This document shows positions 25,561 to 39,388 of a DNA stretch of 64,000 nucleotides, in pieces (position 1 is the stretch's first letter; the number at the start of each line of letters is the position of its first letter). Source of the stretch: Vicugna vicugna. Its lineage: Eukaryota. Made by a program: the position numbers and the translations under genes. The DNA lies in the NCBI GenBank assembly GCA_013265495.1, contig MU058687.1, positions 5,020,093 to 5,084,092 of the forward strand. The letters run 5' to 3'. The notes below the pieces were generated by a model. The model was not told where the DNA came from. It saw only the letters and a program-made list of their open reading frames with translations, and ran no database searches.

Positions 25561-28500
25561 GATCTGTTACTATGGCTGCTTTGAACAGATTCCCTGCTAC
25601 CCTATTTTCTGTGTAGAGACTTCAGCTTATGTCTGGATCTTTGGAAACACTAAGTTCTCTTCTGTTTGGACCTTGGGGCTTTTGTTTAAAAGCACATAAC
25701 CTCCACAGCCATGTTCTCTACCATCACAGCAGACGGCTAAAAAGCTTCTTCCTATGGATGCAGAGCCCTTCTTTGGCCTTTATCACCAGCTTTCTAAGAA
25801 CTTATCCCATCAAATCTCACCATAGCTTTTCAGTCAAGCTTTCCTGTTAGACTCACCCCTCATTCCTGCAGCTCTCTGTCTCAGCCTGAGATGTTGGTCT
25901 AGAGTAGACTAGAGTATCGATTTCTGAATTATTTTCTTAGTCAGGCAATACCATGTGCAACATATTGGGCCCCCCCATGATTTAAATATTTTCTCTCTGT
26001 ATAACATCTACATAAAGGGGTCCACAATTCTAAACTCCTACTTCCCCCTGAAAAAATGTTTACTAAAGTCTGCACATAAACTTCTGGTCTTTGGGGAAAA
26101 GTGAAATAATTCATGAATACTTTTTGAAGAGGTAATCATTTCTTTGTTATCTCTTTGCTGTCCATGTTTTTGAGATAGTACTTAACTTCTATGCCTCTTA
26201 GTTTATCTACCAGCTTTAAATCTGTAGGGATTTATTATTTAATAATTATAAAACCTTTATGGTGTGTACTGAGCTGGATCCAATACAACCTCAATTTGGA
26301 ATACTCAAGAGATGAAAAGTTCCATCTTATAGATCTCCTGATCAACAGAAAACCCTTTGCTAAAATGTTGCTGATGCAAATATTTCTGGTGTATACCATT
26401 CATCTCTTCTGTCTTAGGAAACTACCATTAAGGTCACTTGACTTCAGTTTAGTACCCTTCATGCCTAGGAGTCATTTCAATGATCCAAAATGGGGAAATG
26501 TAGTAAATTGAGCTTCCTTTGTATCATCTACTATCTCAAAAACACCCTTGGAGAATGTTTTTTTCTGTCAGATCTCTGGTGTTACCTTAACCTTTGTGTA
26601 AGACATATCTCTCTCTTTACATTAAAGCACATTGAAACTTCTGGTTCAGGTTGCCAATTGGTTTGTTTGTGTTTAAATAATTGATGAAACCCTTAAAGCT
26701 TAGTAAAGGTCTACTTCCTTTTTGTAAATTAACTTTATTATTTTAGGGGTTAATATAGTTGTGTATTGATAGATACTAAAGAGTTATTTCTCCTGATTCT
26801 TGATATTCTGTTTTTCTACCTACCCATTCATTTTTTAATTTTAATTCCTGATCATTAGCCAAAGTAGATACCATACATTGACTGATTCAATTCAAATGGC
26901 CGGCTTTGATGTAGGAAGGAGAATTCCATCTTGTGAAAAAGAGATGTGACATAGAGAAGTTAGTGGTGGTTTGATACTGGAGGAAGAACAGGACCAAAGT
27001 GCAGAGTAACTTACATGATATGCTGACGGGTACATGGAGCCAAGGAAGATAGGGAACTGACATCTGCCACCGCCCAGGAACATCTGGTTTCAGCTTATGC
27101 TCCTTTGTTCACACTCCGTGGAAGTGTGAAGGCACTAAGAATTCATGTCATGCTCTCCGTTCTTCTCTGGGCCCCGGGGTTGCAGATCTCTGATTCCTGT
27201 CTCATCAAGGTATCCTGAGGGCATGAGAAAGACCTACACTTCACTTGATCTAGTTCTCTTTTTCAGTCCGGAGCAGGGACACCGTGAAATTCAGTACGGG
27301 CTGACACCCATTGGCAGTTTGCAAGACTTAAGATACAAACTGAACCCACTGGTATGGGGACAGCTTTCCATAGGCATCACATCCTCACTCCCCTCCACCA
27401 CCACCAGAGCTGACATTCACGTGCTTGTACTGCTGGTAGCAAGAGTCCAAGGGCATTCTTTTGTTTTACTGAGGCCACCCGTCAGAACGTATTTACCTGA
27501 TTCCCCGTGGGTGGGAAGGTGGTCGAGAAAAAGACTTCTTAAGTGTTCTGCGGAGTTTTATTCTATGCTACCTCATCTGAAGTAGTGACATTTGTATTTT
27601 ACCTGTCTCATTGCGGGTGAAGAGTCTTGCAGCACGTGCTCACCGTGTCAAAATAAACCCGCCTCGTTCATAACTACCAGTAGTTGAGAACCTTGGGACT
27701 CCTTCCATGGCTTGAAAATTGTACTGTCCCTTGAAAGCATCATGCACTGTGCCATAGTATTGTGTGTTTTTCTTTCCTAAAAGGATGTATTTTAAATAAG
27801 TTGTCACTTAAAGGGAACACTCATGGAAGCTTTATTAACAAATTGGCTAAAACTTAGAAGATGTGAAGTGCTCCTCTCTCTTCTCTGTGGTAGCCATGAG
27901 CCAGATTCCTGTCCATTAACCTTAAGTCTGTCATTATTTCCCACAGTGTCATGGAACAGAAATAGTAGATGGCAGCTGGGAGACCTGTGTTTGGTCCCAT
28001 CTGTGTCACAGCTAAGAGCATGACTTCTGATTAGCTAGCATAGGACTGCATCCTATGTGAAGCATATTCTGAGCATGAGATCTCTGTACAAATAAGAAGT
28101 ATGATGATCACAATCGTTTGAAAATTTTTAGAACAGTTTCCGTCTTTTGATGGGGCTCGTGTATGGAATACCATGCTAGGAGATGTTCCTTTTGCTGATT
28201 CTGACATATAATGAAATCTTTGGGGGATTCAAAAATGAATGAATGACACAGATTTGGTATGTAATAGTGCTTTTCATCATCTCTCCCATGATAGCTCTAA
28301 AACCTGAATCAATAGTGGTTGCCTGGAAATTGTTAGCCAACAGCATTAAACAGTTTCCTAGGAGTGCTGAGGAGCTGGCTGTTCATAACTTATATGCGAT
28401 TACGACAGAGAGAGAAGAAAAATACCGAATCAAATTAAACCTGGAGGGAGAAGCCCATAGACTGATTATCTGAATTGGAGCTTTTTTACAGAGATCTAGT

Positions 28501-31500
28501 CTCTCATACAGAAGGGCACTAGGAGACCTACCATGACCCAAAGGGATGAGGATCCTGGCCACACGTACGGGACGGCACTTCTGTGCAGCAGTTCCTCCTT
28601 CAAGTGTCCCCCTTCAGTCTCTGTGTGGTGTCCGGTGTTCACTCTCTCACACACGGGGGCAGATGGGGGCTGTGTGTCTCCTCCAGGCAATGTCCCTCTG
28701 CTGAGAACTGGAACAAGGGGACACATTGCCACTTGCCTATCTTTCAGAAGAATGACTACCGTGATAGCACACACATCCCGAGAGCTTTGCCTTGATGGAA
28801 GTGTGTTTTTAATGATACGATTTTGGTATCCAGCCCTCTGTGGATAGCCTGGCATATGTCTTGTTATATTTAAACAGCACTGACTGATGAAGTGGATGTT
28901 AATTGGCAGTTAGTGACTGGGCTGCTGGTCTTTGTTACCTAGCCTTTCAGCTAACTGATCATTAACTGGGAGGAAATGTTTGACCCAGAAGGTCGTTACT
29001 GTTATAAAGCGGTAAAAGAAATTAAAATGCTCCAAATTGCCCTTTTATGAATCAGATGAGGGTTTAAAAAAAAAAAAAGGAAGAAAGAAAAAAGATAGCT
29101 TGTAACTGTGGAGTTAGCGTCTTTGTCCAGCCTGGCTCTTTTCCTGTCCCTTAAAGACCAGTCATGCTTGGGGGGAAGGTATATACTTCCAAAATCTCCC
29201 TGCCTTAGTTTCTAGAACCTCTCTGCCTTGACATTAGCTTAAAAACAAATTTCAGAACATTTTACAGCTTTTTCCAGAGGATGCTATTCCCAACATTATC
29301 AAAGGAGAAAAAAACTCACTTTGTCTGGATGTCGTACAGTTTCTTCAACAGGCTGAGAGTAAATTTTTTAATGAAAAAAAAATACCAGCAGTGTGTTGCA
29401 TACATCTTGTGTAAAATTATAATAGTCTCATGTATCTCTTGAGAATTTACTTTCTTCATAAGCTGTTTGTGTTTTATTGAATTTTGCTGATGAAACCTTT
29501 GCACGTCCTTGTGACAGAAGTGTCACTCCTGATGCATCTTCTTGATTCTTTCTGTGACCTTTGCGACTTTGCCTGTTCAGTACCCTCCTCATTGCTCTTC
29601 TAGTGCAAAAAGAAAATAAAAATGGTCCGACTGGGGGCTGTGAGTCTTGGCAATTAAAACTTCACATGAAAATTGTCTCCTGAGAGAAAATATTACTCTC
29701 CCTTTTAATAAAAGGATACAATTAAACCCTCCCTCAAACCTCTTTCCTTCAAATGTGTTAATGTCTCACGTAAAATATGGAAATGGATTCTTGTTTAGTT
29801 GAAAAATGGAATCAAGAGCCAAACGCATTTCTCCCCATAAATTGGTTTATGAATATTAACTATCCCCACATTGGCTCTGACTAATAAAGACAAGAAAATG
29901 GAAGGTGTGCTCTGTACTTATTTCCCTGTTGTTTCAGCCCCGGGTTCAGTCCCCTGCCCTTAGCGCTTTTGCCTTTTCCTTTCTTTCTTGGTTGTGTGAC
30001 ACTTTAAGGTTTGGAAATGCCAGTGTTTTACCTACGGGACTAGAGATCCATGGGTTCACCTTTTACCTCTGAAGACTCGAGAAAGTAATTGAGTTGTTTG
30101 GAAATCTCTTTAAATTAGGTTGCAAAGCTACTGGGTTTATTTTTGCACTTTTTTTTTTCTTCTAAAGATTAGGACTGGACTTTAGAAGGCTCTTTTAGTG
30201 ACTTTCGGAAAAGAAATGTTTCCCTGTATCAAAAAGGCCTGAAGGAGACGTGCTGCAGTGTTTGAAGGCAAGAACATCTGATCTCCAAAGAATCAGAAAG
30301 TCTCTTCTCTGCTTGTATTTGGAGGTGCTTTTTGTTGTGTTGCCTTTTTTTTTTTTTCAAACAGGTAAAGCTCAAATAAGCACAGCACAGTCCAGATGGT
30401 GTTTAAAGCTGCTCAAGTTTCTTTCATGTAACTTTCTCTTCGAAAGTGTGTTCCAGCTGGGAATCTATTGGGCCGTTAAAACTAACTTTGTCCCTTTTAT
30501 GTGTTATTCTCACACACGTACACACACACACACGCACAGACCCACACACAGGTGTGAACATGGCCATCCCCGATGTATGTTTAATCACATTCAGTAGGGC
30601 TGAAAGGAACTCTGCAGGGCTTTATTAACTGCATCTCAGGCTAAACATTTTATTCAGTTGGAAGACAGAAAAACTCTGCAGGATGAATTTCTAAACAGAG
30701 AGTAGAATTCTTACCCACATACGGAATTCTTTGTAAGGCGCCCACCTTCTCCTAGAGGCTGTGCTTAAGACGAGGTGGAAACAGGCATTCCTTTTCATCT
30801 CTCAAGTGTATACAGTAATGTCCTCATTCAGCTGTGTCCCTAGGAGTGAAAATTAGCTTGGTGTAACTGTTTCTTTAAATGCCCGGAACATGCATTTCTT
30901 TTGAAATTAAACAAATCATGTGTGCTGGCATTTGTGCACTGAGATCACTTTGCCGGTGGACCGTGAGTGTGTATTTGATTTGGTTTGTGTGTCAAGAAGC
31001 AGAGGTGGGTTTCCCTGGAGCCCACTGGCTCCTACCCACCTTCCTCATACTTAACCCAATGCTCCAACCAAACCAAATTACTCTTACTCCCGTTCCATCC
31101 TTTTCACTTTGCTGCTTCTGTGCATCGATTTGCACCCTTCACCTGGACTCTTCTGGACTATTTCCACTTCTGCCCATCAATATCCTATTATCCTGTCAAA
31201 GCCGAACCCAAAGACCATCATATCCATGAAATCCTCTCTGCCATTCCAGTTAGAATTTCCCCTTAGAGACCATTTTCTTTCCTTCTCCTATTGAGGATAT
31301 TTATCCCAGACACTGACTGACTTAATTATAAGCTTCTTGAGGACTGAGGCCACTTCAGGTGTCTTTTGGTTTCCCCCAAAGCATTGGCCCAGAAAAGAAC
31401 TGTTGAGTGAGGGAGCGGAGAGAGATCTCCCTGGGCATGGCTCGGAATTCCCTTGGAGACTGAACAGAATTTTTCTCAATTCTAAGGAATCTGGTCCTAG

Positions 31501-33414
31501 ACAAATTGAATGTATCACCTTGGCGGCCTTAGCATCATGTGCTGAACAATCTGTTAAAATTATTGAAACACTTTGCTACTACTTGGTAAATAGCCACTGC
31601 CCGAAGACCCCAAGAGACCGCTACTTCCAGGCCACCTGCCTCCCTCCCCACTGGAGTCTCCTCTGCCCACAGCACAGAACAGATTGAGGCCTGGGGCGGC
31701 TGAAGTTCCCAGGGCCCAGTTCCAGCACGGTGGCCACCGGTGGTTCTGATTAATCATTTCTGCTGCACTGATTGCTCGGTACTGACTGTTAAATGTTATG
31801 TTACCCTTGCCAACATTGTACTGCTCGTGTGACACCCACAGAAGGCAGTTAAAGTTTGTGTTGTTGTCTGGGAGTTATGCCTCCCCCTCACTTCAGCTGA
31901 GAAGAAACTAGTGCTCTGAGTAAGTCCTGGGGGTCCTTGAGTGTTTTCCCAGTTTGGCTGTAAATGTTAATGAAATTAGGGCCAGAGCTTAAAATACAGA
32001 TACAGCTATAGATATATCCTATGATGTAAACACTGAGATAAACTTGTTTCACTGAGGAAGAACTAGGGAATTCGATTCCATTTGGACCTCTGCGTGATGA
32101 ACAATTGGAAGCATATTAAAATTATTTTAAATACCAACATTTACTGCCTTTGCCTATAAGCTATGACTTATGGGGGAGAGAGTCCAGTCCAATGTGTTCC
32201 TGGGTCTGCAGCCTATGAAGGTCTTTTAAAACCTAAAGTGTATTTATTCTGCTTTGAAAGATGTTTAGAGACTGCCTTGTGTGTTAATGTGTGCTCTGCG
32301 CCTAGCACCGCTTGAACGCTCTCCCCCCGTGTGCATTAATGTGTGCACGGTAGGGAAGAAAAACAAGGAATGATGAACTGTGTTAACTGCGCAAGGTTCA
32401 AGTAAGATTTATCTAAGAAAGAACAGTCTAGGGCATTAATGTGAATATTCAAAGATAGATGTTTATCTTAATGGACTCAGAGGTACTTACAAACAGCATA
32501 ATGGCTCCAGTCATTTTATGGGGCATTTATTCAGAGCGATTACGCGTACTTGTTCTTCTATATCAAGAATTCTACTTAAAGGTTTAAGTGAGACCAAGAC
32601 TAGTGTGGCCAAAGAACCACAGGCTGGTTTGTCCTGGGCTCAGCCCCCCTATTTGGAACGGTGAGAAGCAAAATCTGTATCTCTTTTTTGGGCACTGATT
32701 GAACTTTTTTTTTTTTTTGCAAAAACTGATGTATTAGAATGTTAAATTGTCCCAGTTTCCAGAATACTGCATGATGTTTGACTTACTTGAAACCTACAGT
32801 TCTACAAATAAGGAACTGACTCCCTGATAGATGGTTGTAGAATTGCAAGATAAGTTGTTTGTGGGCTTGTCTGGACCAATGAGACATTCTGTATCTTGAG
32901 AGCAAAGATGCTCTTTCAGAGCAACCCCCCGATTGACAAATAGCATATAAATGTATTCCTGCCCCTGACACCTCCAAAGGTCAGGATTAATAATAATTTG
33001 ACAAGGATGGGAAGTGGTTCCCTCCTCCATCCCTATTACACTCTTCAAACATGACTCCTGGCTTGCCCAATTCTATGTAAATCAACAGACATTCCCTGAG
33101 CCCCTGCCATCCATTTAAATATACATTGCGCAGCTAAGCTCTGGTCGAGCGCTGTAATATTCCTGTGGGTGATTTCAAACCAATAATAAATACTGTCATA
33201 ATATTAGCCACACATCACAAAATAGTAACATCTCTGAGTCGCTGATTCCCACTTCAACCCACACGAGGTAAATGTCGTCATCTCAGATTTCCAGAGGAGG
33301 AAGCTGGAAGGCAGAGGTCTTGTGATCACCCTGGGCTTCCACACCAGGGGTGGAGCTCGGAGTGCTCTCTGACCCCAAACACAGCACTTTCTCCTTGCTA
33401 TTTGGCTCTAGACG

Positions 33415-34225
33415 ATGCCCCTTCCCTCCTTGGAATAGCAGTTACGTAGAAGGGAAAATGTAGTTCAGCTATGTATTATAAGTCAGAATATAACAAATAT
33501 GTTAAGTGAGATTTGAAGAAAGTACTGAGTTAGCATGCTACAGTATTTTATTTTTCAGCCATAGGATCAGGGAAAAGCTGCATGAAAAATGAATTTGAGT
33601 TGGGCCCTAAAGAGGGATACAGAGAATTTGACCACGTGTAAATGGAATGAAGTGCAAATAGAGCTGAGTAAGAAGCACTATGAGCCAGAGCATTGTTGGA
33701 CACTTACCAGGCTTGCTCAGAGTATGGCAAACATTGATTTAATAGTGGGAATGTGGAAGTGCTCACGGGGGCCAATGGTAGTGAAAGATATCTCTCCAAA
33801 GTTACACTGGAGCCCAGAGGTGGAGGATCTTGCATTAAAAAAACAAATTGTTATGTGGATTTTATTTGATAAGCAGTGGGATAAATTTGGACTAGGAGAG
33901 TGGCAGGTTGAAAGCTTTGTTTTTATTCTAATGACACTTCCTAGGGTTCATTGAAGAGACAGACATAAGTGGAGGCAGGGAGTCTAGTTAGAGAATCTCA
34001 GGATTCATTCAGGTAAGCAGCCAGGGCAGTAGAAATGAAAAACAGAGTAGCATGTTGTTAGAGATGGGCTTTGCAGGATGTGGTGCCTGGAGGTGTGATG
34101 CTGAACAGGGAAGACTCAAAGATGAGTTTGTTCCTGGAGAGCAATAAGACCATAATCAGAGGCAAGAAAAGCTACAGTGAGAGGAGATGATCACTTCAGT
34201 CCAGGATATGTTGATTGCAAGATAT
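33415..34225 (-). mobile_element. L2 fragment, preceded by a MIR relic at ~33200-33400
   Basis: atcagggaaaagct, atttgagttgggcc, ggaggcagggag...agttagaga, actcaaagatga motifs of antisense L2. Confidence 0.6.
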
Positions 34226-34509
34226 TCAATCAAAAATATTTTCCCTTCCTAAGGTAAAAACGTTTCTCCCTGATTACTCAACTCCAAAATGATCTCTCTT
34301 TCGAGTTCCTTTTGGACTCTCGTTTGGGCCACAGTATTGGCATATTGAAGAGCACTGTAATTACTGTGGAGCTTTCTAAGTCCCACTCCTGGATATTATT
34401 CAGATGCCACCTGGTAATTGATGTGAACCAAAGGCGGTGACCCCCTACACAGTGCTTTGCATCGTCTCTGTCTCTGGATGTTCTTTATGGATTGCTCTCT
34501 CTGTTATGA

Positions 34510-34900
34510 TTGTGTCTGACCTCTAGTAACAGACAAACTGACCCACAGTGACTGAAGAGGGGATACATTTCTTCACTTAGCAAGAATCCTGGAGTCTGGG
34601 AGGTAGAAAACTGCTTGGTTGGGATCATATCAAATATTTGACAAAATCAGAGTCAGCTTCTCATGTCTTTTAGCCTTTCTCTCACATTTGCTATTTTACG
34701 GTCACAAGCAGGCTGCCACAGCTCCAAATATCCCATCGAAATCCAAGGAAGAAGGGAAACCAGTTGGACTAGCCAAATTGTCCTTTTTTATTAAGAATAT
34801 AATAAGTATTTCCAGAACCGCTAGACAACCTCCTTAATCATCACTTTGTCTGGATCAGTGCCACATGGCCACCTCTAGTTGCAAAGGAGGTTTAGTTAGA
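34510..34900 (-). mobile_element. MLT1J-like MaLR LTR relic
   Basis: agtaacaga...caagcaggctgccacagctcca...cacatggccacctctagttgcaaaggagg. Confidence 0.6.
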
Positions 34901-36334
34901 CTGGTCACATTGCCAGCCCTCGCAAGGAGGAAGAGTAGAATGGATAGTAACAATGTCTCCAACATTTGTCTTTCGTGCTGCACTGTGAACACTTGGAAGG
35001 CAGGGACCATGTTCCATCAGGCCCTACTCCCATGTTGTGCCACGCCCTCCTCCTCACCGGGTACTTTGCGGGACATACAGGGGTCTGGGATAGGAAGTGT
35101 TTGAAAAACCAATCCTTGCCTACTGTGCTAAGCACTTCCTTTTGTCTTTTGGTTCCTCTGAGCAGCCTTAGGGAAGGAAAGTAAGAGCTTCTGGATATAT
35201 ATATTAGAAATTTTTTTTCGGTAACTCTCAAAAAAAAAAAAAACGGTAAAGAAAAAGACTCCATGCCGGGAGGAAATCTATGCTACTGTAAAAATAGAAT
35301 AGGGCTCAAGTGCATTCTTCAGTAATGAATGCATGAAAAGAAGCTTCTTAAATTATGAATGTGGCTCCCCTTGTTTATTGCCCAGTAATCCTGTTTTATT
35401 GATTTCTGTTTATTTCCAGTCACCTAGAATGAGAGGCTGTGTCACTTAGAGATCTTGATCCCTAAAAGATTGTCATTAAAGCTACTCTGCTGTATTTAGT
35501 TGTTTATTTTTTGCTCAGAGTGATTGAATCAATACAAATACAAACAAAACACTTTTTCCTTTGCTCCCTAGGAGACTAAGGGAAAAAAAAAAAGCTACAG
35601 AAAAGCTAAATAGAGATGCTCGAGTAAAAAAAAAGTCCCATCAAATGACATATTGATTTCTTTCAGGGAGGCAGAGTGTAAATTAAAAATATTCTCTGAC
35701 ACAGTTTTTAAATATGCCACTGACTCAGCAGAGTCAGTACTTAATCGACTGTCTCTTCCTAGAGGGCCAGTTTGGAAGGGCAGCCTGCTTTTCCCAAGAG
35801 CAGCCGGCTCTCCAGGTCCTCGGAGGGAAGTTCTCCTCACAGTCCTTGCTAGTGAAGCTCCTTGGTTCTGTCTGACCCGTTCTCAGTTCTGGTTCTGCCA
35901 TCCACCCCACTGCCTCCGTGTGTGGTTAAGGACATTGTAAAATTTTTCAGAAAATGATGCCTTTTTTAAAGTGGTTGCAGTGAAACTCTTCTCGGAATTG
36001 GAAAGAAGTGGGAATAAACAAGGCCCAGGACCTTATTATGGGACGGTCTCTAGAATGGTGTTAAACACAGGTCTCGGCAGGTGTGGAGGGGAGGGGAGGT
36101 AGGAGCAGGGCCAGTAGGAGAGCCTGCCATCACAGAAGCCCTATCCATACAGGGGCTCTTTCCCCCAACGTACCCTTGAGAGAGTCAGGCTAGTTAAGAC
36201 CCACAGTCATGAGTCCCAGCGTAAAGCACATGCGACCCAGTTTTAGGAGCATAAACCATTTGTCATAATTCAAGTTTCTGAAAACCACATCAGACCCCTT
36301 TGGCTTGTTCAGAAACATTTTGCAGGATTGTTCT

Positions 36335-37491
36335 CAGAGGCAGCTGGGAAATTTGCAGAAACCACTGTAAAATCAAACTAAGGGGCCCTCTGTTCAAAGA
36401 ACAGGAAAAAAAATGTTCAAGTACTAAAATACGAAGCTTTTTCCTTTCTTCGAAGTCCCTCGACTTGCCATGGTGTTTCCATGGTGTTTTTTTATTTGCT
36501 ATTTAATGTCATTTTCAGTAAATAAAAATTAAAATTTTTAATTACGAGCACGAATATTACCATTCATCTTTATATTGGGCAATGCTAGTTTTCAATACAA
36601 ATATAAGAGCCTTTAACTCAAATGCAGAATCAACAAAGTAGCACAATTCGTGTTTCATTACTCCTGTAGGCCTGTGTTATTTTGTTCTTACTGGAAGAAT
36701 AGACTCTGCTCAAAACAAACTCACCTGTTTTTATTCCATTTCTCAATACACATACCTTCTATCAACACTCTCTAACTTCAGCCTACTAAGGCAGGACTGA
36801 AAGGGAAAAGTTCTCTGGATTTTCCTGTTTTTATCTTTCTGTGTCATTATTTTTAGTGTAAGTGGCTGACTAATACAAAGAAGTAAGACAGCACGTGATA
36901 GGTTTCCTTCGTTGTTGGTGTTCGAATACCAGTGCCTTCTCTCTACTTTCTAAGCAACTTCTGATTCAAAGAGAAAGCACAGCCTGTGGGTTTGTCAGCG
37001 CCCCCACTTAGCCGATGCGGCACATCTGCCTGTGTGTTCACATCAGAGGACATGCTATGAAACCCTCAAGACAGAGACATGCATAGGACGTCAGCTTAGG
37101 ACTGAGAATTTATCCCTAGTCACTCTTGTCTAGAAGGCAATACCAACCTCCCAGGAAGAAATATTCGGGGATGAATTCAAATAAATCTGTTTGATTCATT
37201 TCACTCCCACACGTGATGGGACCACAGAATCCTGTGTGCATGGGGCACTGGAAACTGTGTGTCAATGGAGTGGCCAGGAATGGGGTAGAGACACACACAC
37301 TGCATGTGTCCCATCTGCTTATGCACGTGATCCACTGTGTCACTGAGCTTCACTTACAAAACACAAATTCAAGAATAAAATAGTTAAGAATTTCAAAATG
37401 GCGAGAGCAGAGCGTTAAAACAAGCACAAAGTACTTGTGAGCACCAAACCCTGTGTGACTTACATAGCTCTCAGTCTTGGGGTCACACCTG
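36335..37491 (-). mobile_element. MER45B-like hAT-Tip100 DNA transposon, apparently with a ~170-bp interruption near 37030-37200
   Basis: ttcacttacaaaacacaaattcaa...aagaatttcaaaatggcgagagcagagcgttaaa and ggggccctctgttcaaa match the recalled MER45B consensus. Confidence 0.75.
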
Positions 37492-38666
37492 CTCTATTTC
37501 CAGCACCCACCTTGACAGTAAAGGAATGCTGTTGCTTATAAACTAGAACAGGGAAAAGCTGTTGGCCTTGCTGGCCATCAGAAATGAGAGATGAATAGTC
37601 TTGTCCCTTCCCACATAGTTCTCTTTTGCTTCTGTAAATTGTTTTGAATCTATATTGAAAATCAGTTTATCCATTTAAGGCTAGTTACAGCCTAGAAATT
37701 AGGAAGTAACTTCTGGAAAGTAACTGAGTCCATCTGGGTTCCTAAATTTCTCATGCAACGAACGGTACCTAAAAACTTTGTCTAATTTGGGGCTTATAAT
37801 ACAAATCAAAGAGCTATATTTGAATCTGTCCCCCATTTTTTTCTCTGCGGGAGGTTGATACTGTCATCCAGACATGAGTAACCAAGGACCAATTTTCATT
37901 ACAACGCTGAACTCCTTTGCATTTCCCCCTCTCTTGGAGTTTAATACCATGTTCTTCAATTGGCCCTCATTTTTTTTTCCCTCATAGTTTGGACTCAGAC
38001 TTGCTACAAGTCACCTGTAAATCAAATGTCAAATGCACAAAACTTCTTTAACTGCTGCTGTCGCTCTGACACCTATATCTGACTTCTCTAATACTAAGTT
38101 GCATGGCTGCGTGTGTAATTTTTTCAGCGTATTAAGGAAAAGACAATCTTGTCTTTTCGTCACTTGTATCTTAATGTTTAGCTCATTGCATTTGACTGTC
38201 CTGGGTAAGTTTTCTGTGCCACATACGAAGTTCTGGGTTGTGCTAACACGCCCTTCCTTTTTGTGTTCACTCTGTATCGTCTGAGCTCGCATTTCTTTGT
38301 AGTTTCTTGTTGACTAGGCATAAACTTCAGGTATGCCTAGTTTTTCAAGGTAACCATTTTCAACCCTTTTCCCACACCGACAGACCTGACAGATGTTCAC
38401 GGGCATTGCACACTCTTCGGTATAAGTGACCTACCATAGGTGAAAGAAATATGAAATGTTTGATTTCCAGCCCTTGGCTTTTGTCCCATGCCTTTCTCTC
38501 CTGATCATCTAGCAGACCTCAGTCCATCGTCATAGCAAAGATTAAGAACCACTGCTGTTTGCTTTTGACTGAATGGCTACCTTACATCCTTTTTCAGAAT
38601 TGCTGAACAAAATCCAGGGCTGGCTTTATCCTACAAATCCTTGTTCTCCTCCAATGTTTGGGCTTC

Positions 38667-38836
38667 TTTTTTTTTTTTTTTTGTATATGTATATGTATAT
38701 TTTTATTGAGATATAGTCAGTTTGCAATGTTGTGTCAATTTCTGGTGTACAGCGTAATGCTTCAGTCATACATGAACATACATATATTCATCTTCATATT
38801 CTTTTTCACCATAAGTTACTACAAGATATTGAATAT
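38667..38836 (-). mobile_element. L1 3'-UTR end (antisense, ~170 bp) with polyA
   Basis: T-run then tttttattgagatatagtcagtttgcaatgttgtgtcaatttctggtgtacagc...acaagatattgaatat, cetartiodactyl/camelid L1 3' end. Confidence 0.85.
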
Positions 38837-39272
38837 TGGGTCTTATTAAGTCTCCTAAGCTGTGCTCTCCACTTGCCAGGAAGGGCTGTTTCTCCTGTGT
38901 TCAGTGATGAGGTTAAGCTACAAAAAAGAGGGCCAAGAGGATGATCATTTCACAAAGAAATATGGCTCTATTTTTCCTATTTTTTTTTCCCCCAGAACCC
39001 ATTCCTTCTCCCTGAACTGTAGAGCACAAAAGAGCATGGAGAGATGAATCACATCAACATGTTTGGCTCAACAAAATATAGTGGTGCTCTCCAGGAGGGA
39101 GACTGTTCAGAATTTTAACATCCATTGACTGACACCTACATCACTGTTTGTGGGTCACATTAATGTTTGGCCTCGGTCACTCACCCTCTGAGAACAGAAG
39201 CTTGATTTCAGTAACAACATTGGAATAAAAAGCTCACTTAGAAAGGAAATCTCAACTCAGGGAAAAAAAAAT

Positions 39273-39388
39273 AAGGAAGGAAGGAAGGAAGGAAGGAAGG
39301 AAGGAAGGAAGGAAGGAAGGAAGGAAGGAAGGAAGAAAGGAAGGAAGAAAGGAAGGCAGGCAGGCAGGCAGACAGGCAGGCAGGCAGG
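39273..39388. repeat. Compound (AAGG)n-(CAGG)n microsatellite
   Basis: Directly visible. Confidence 0.95.
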
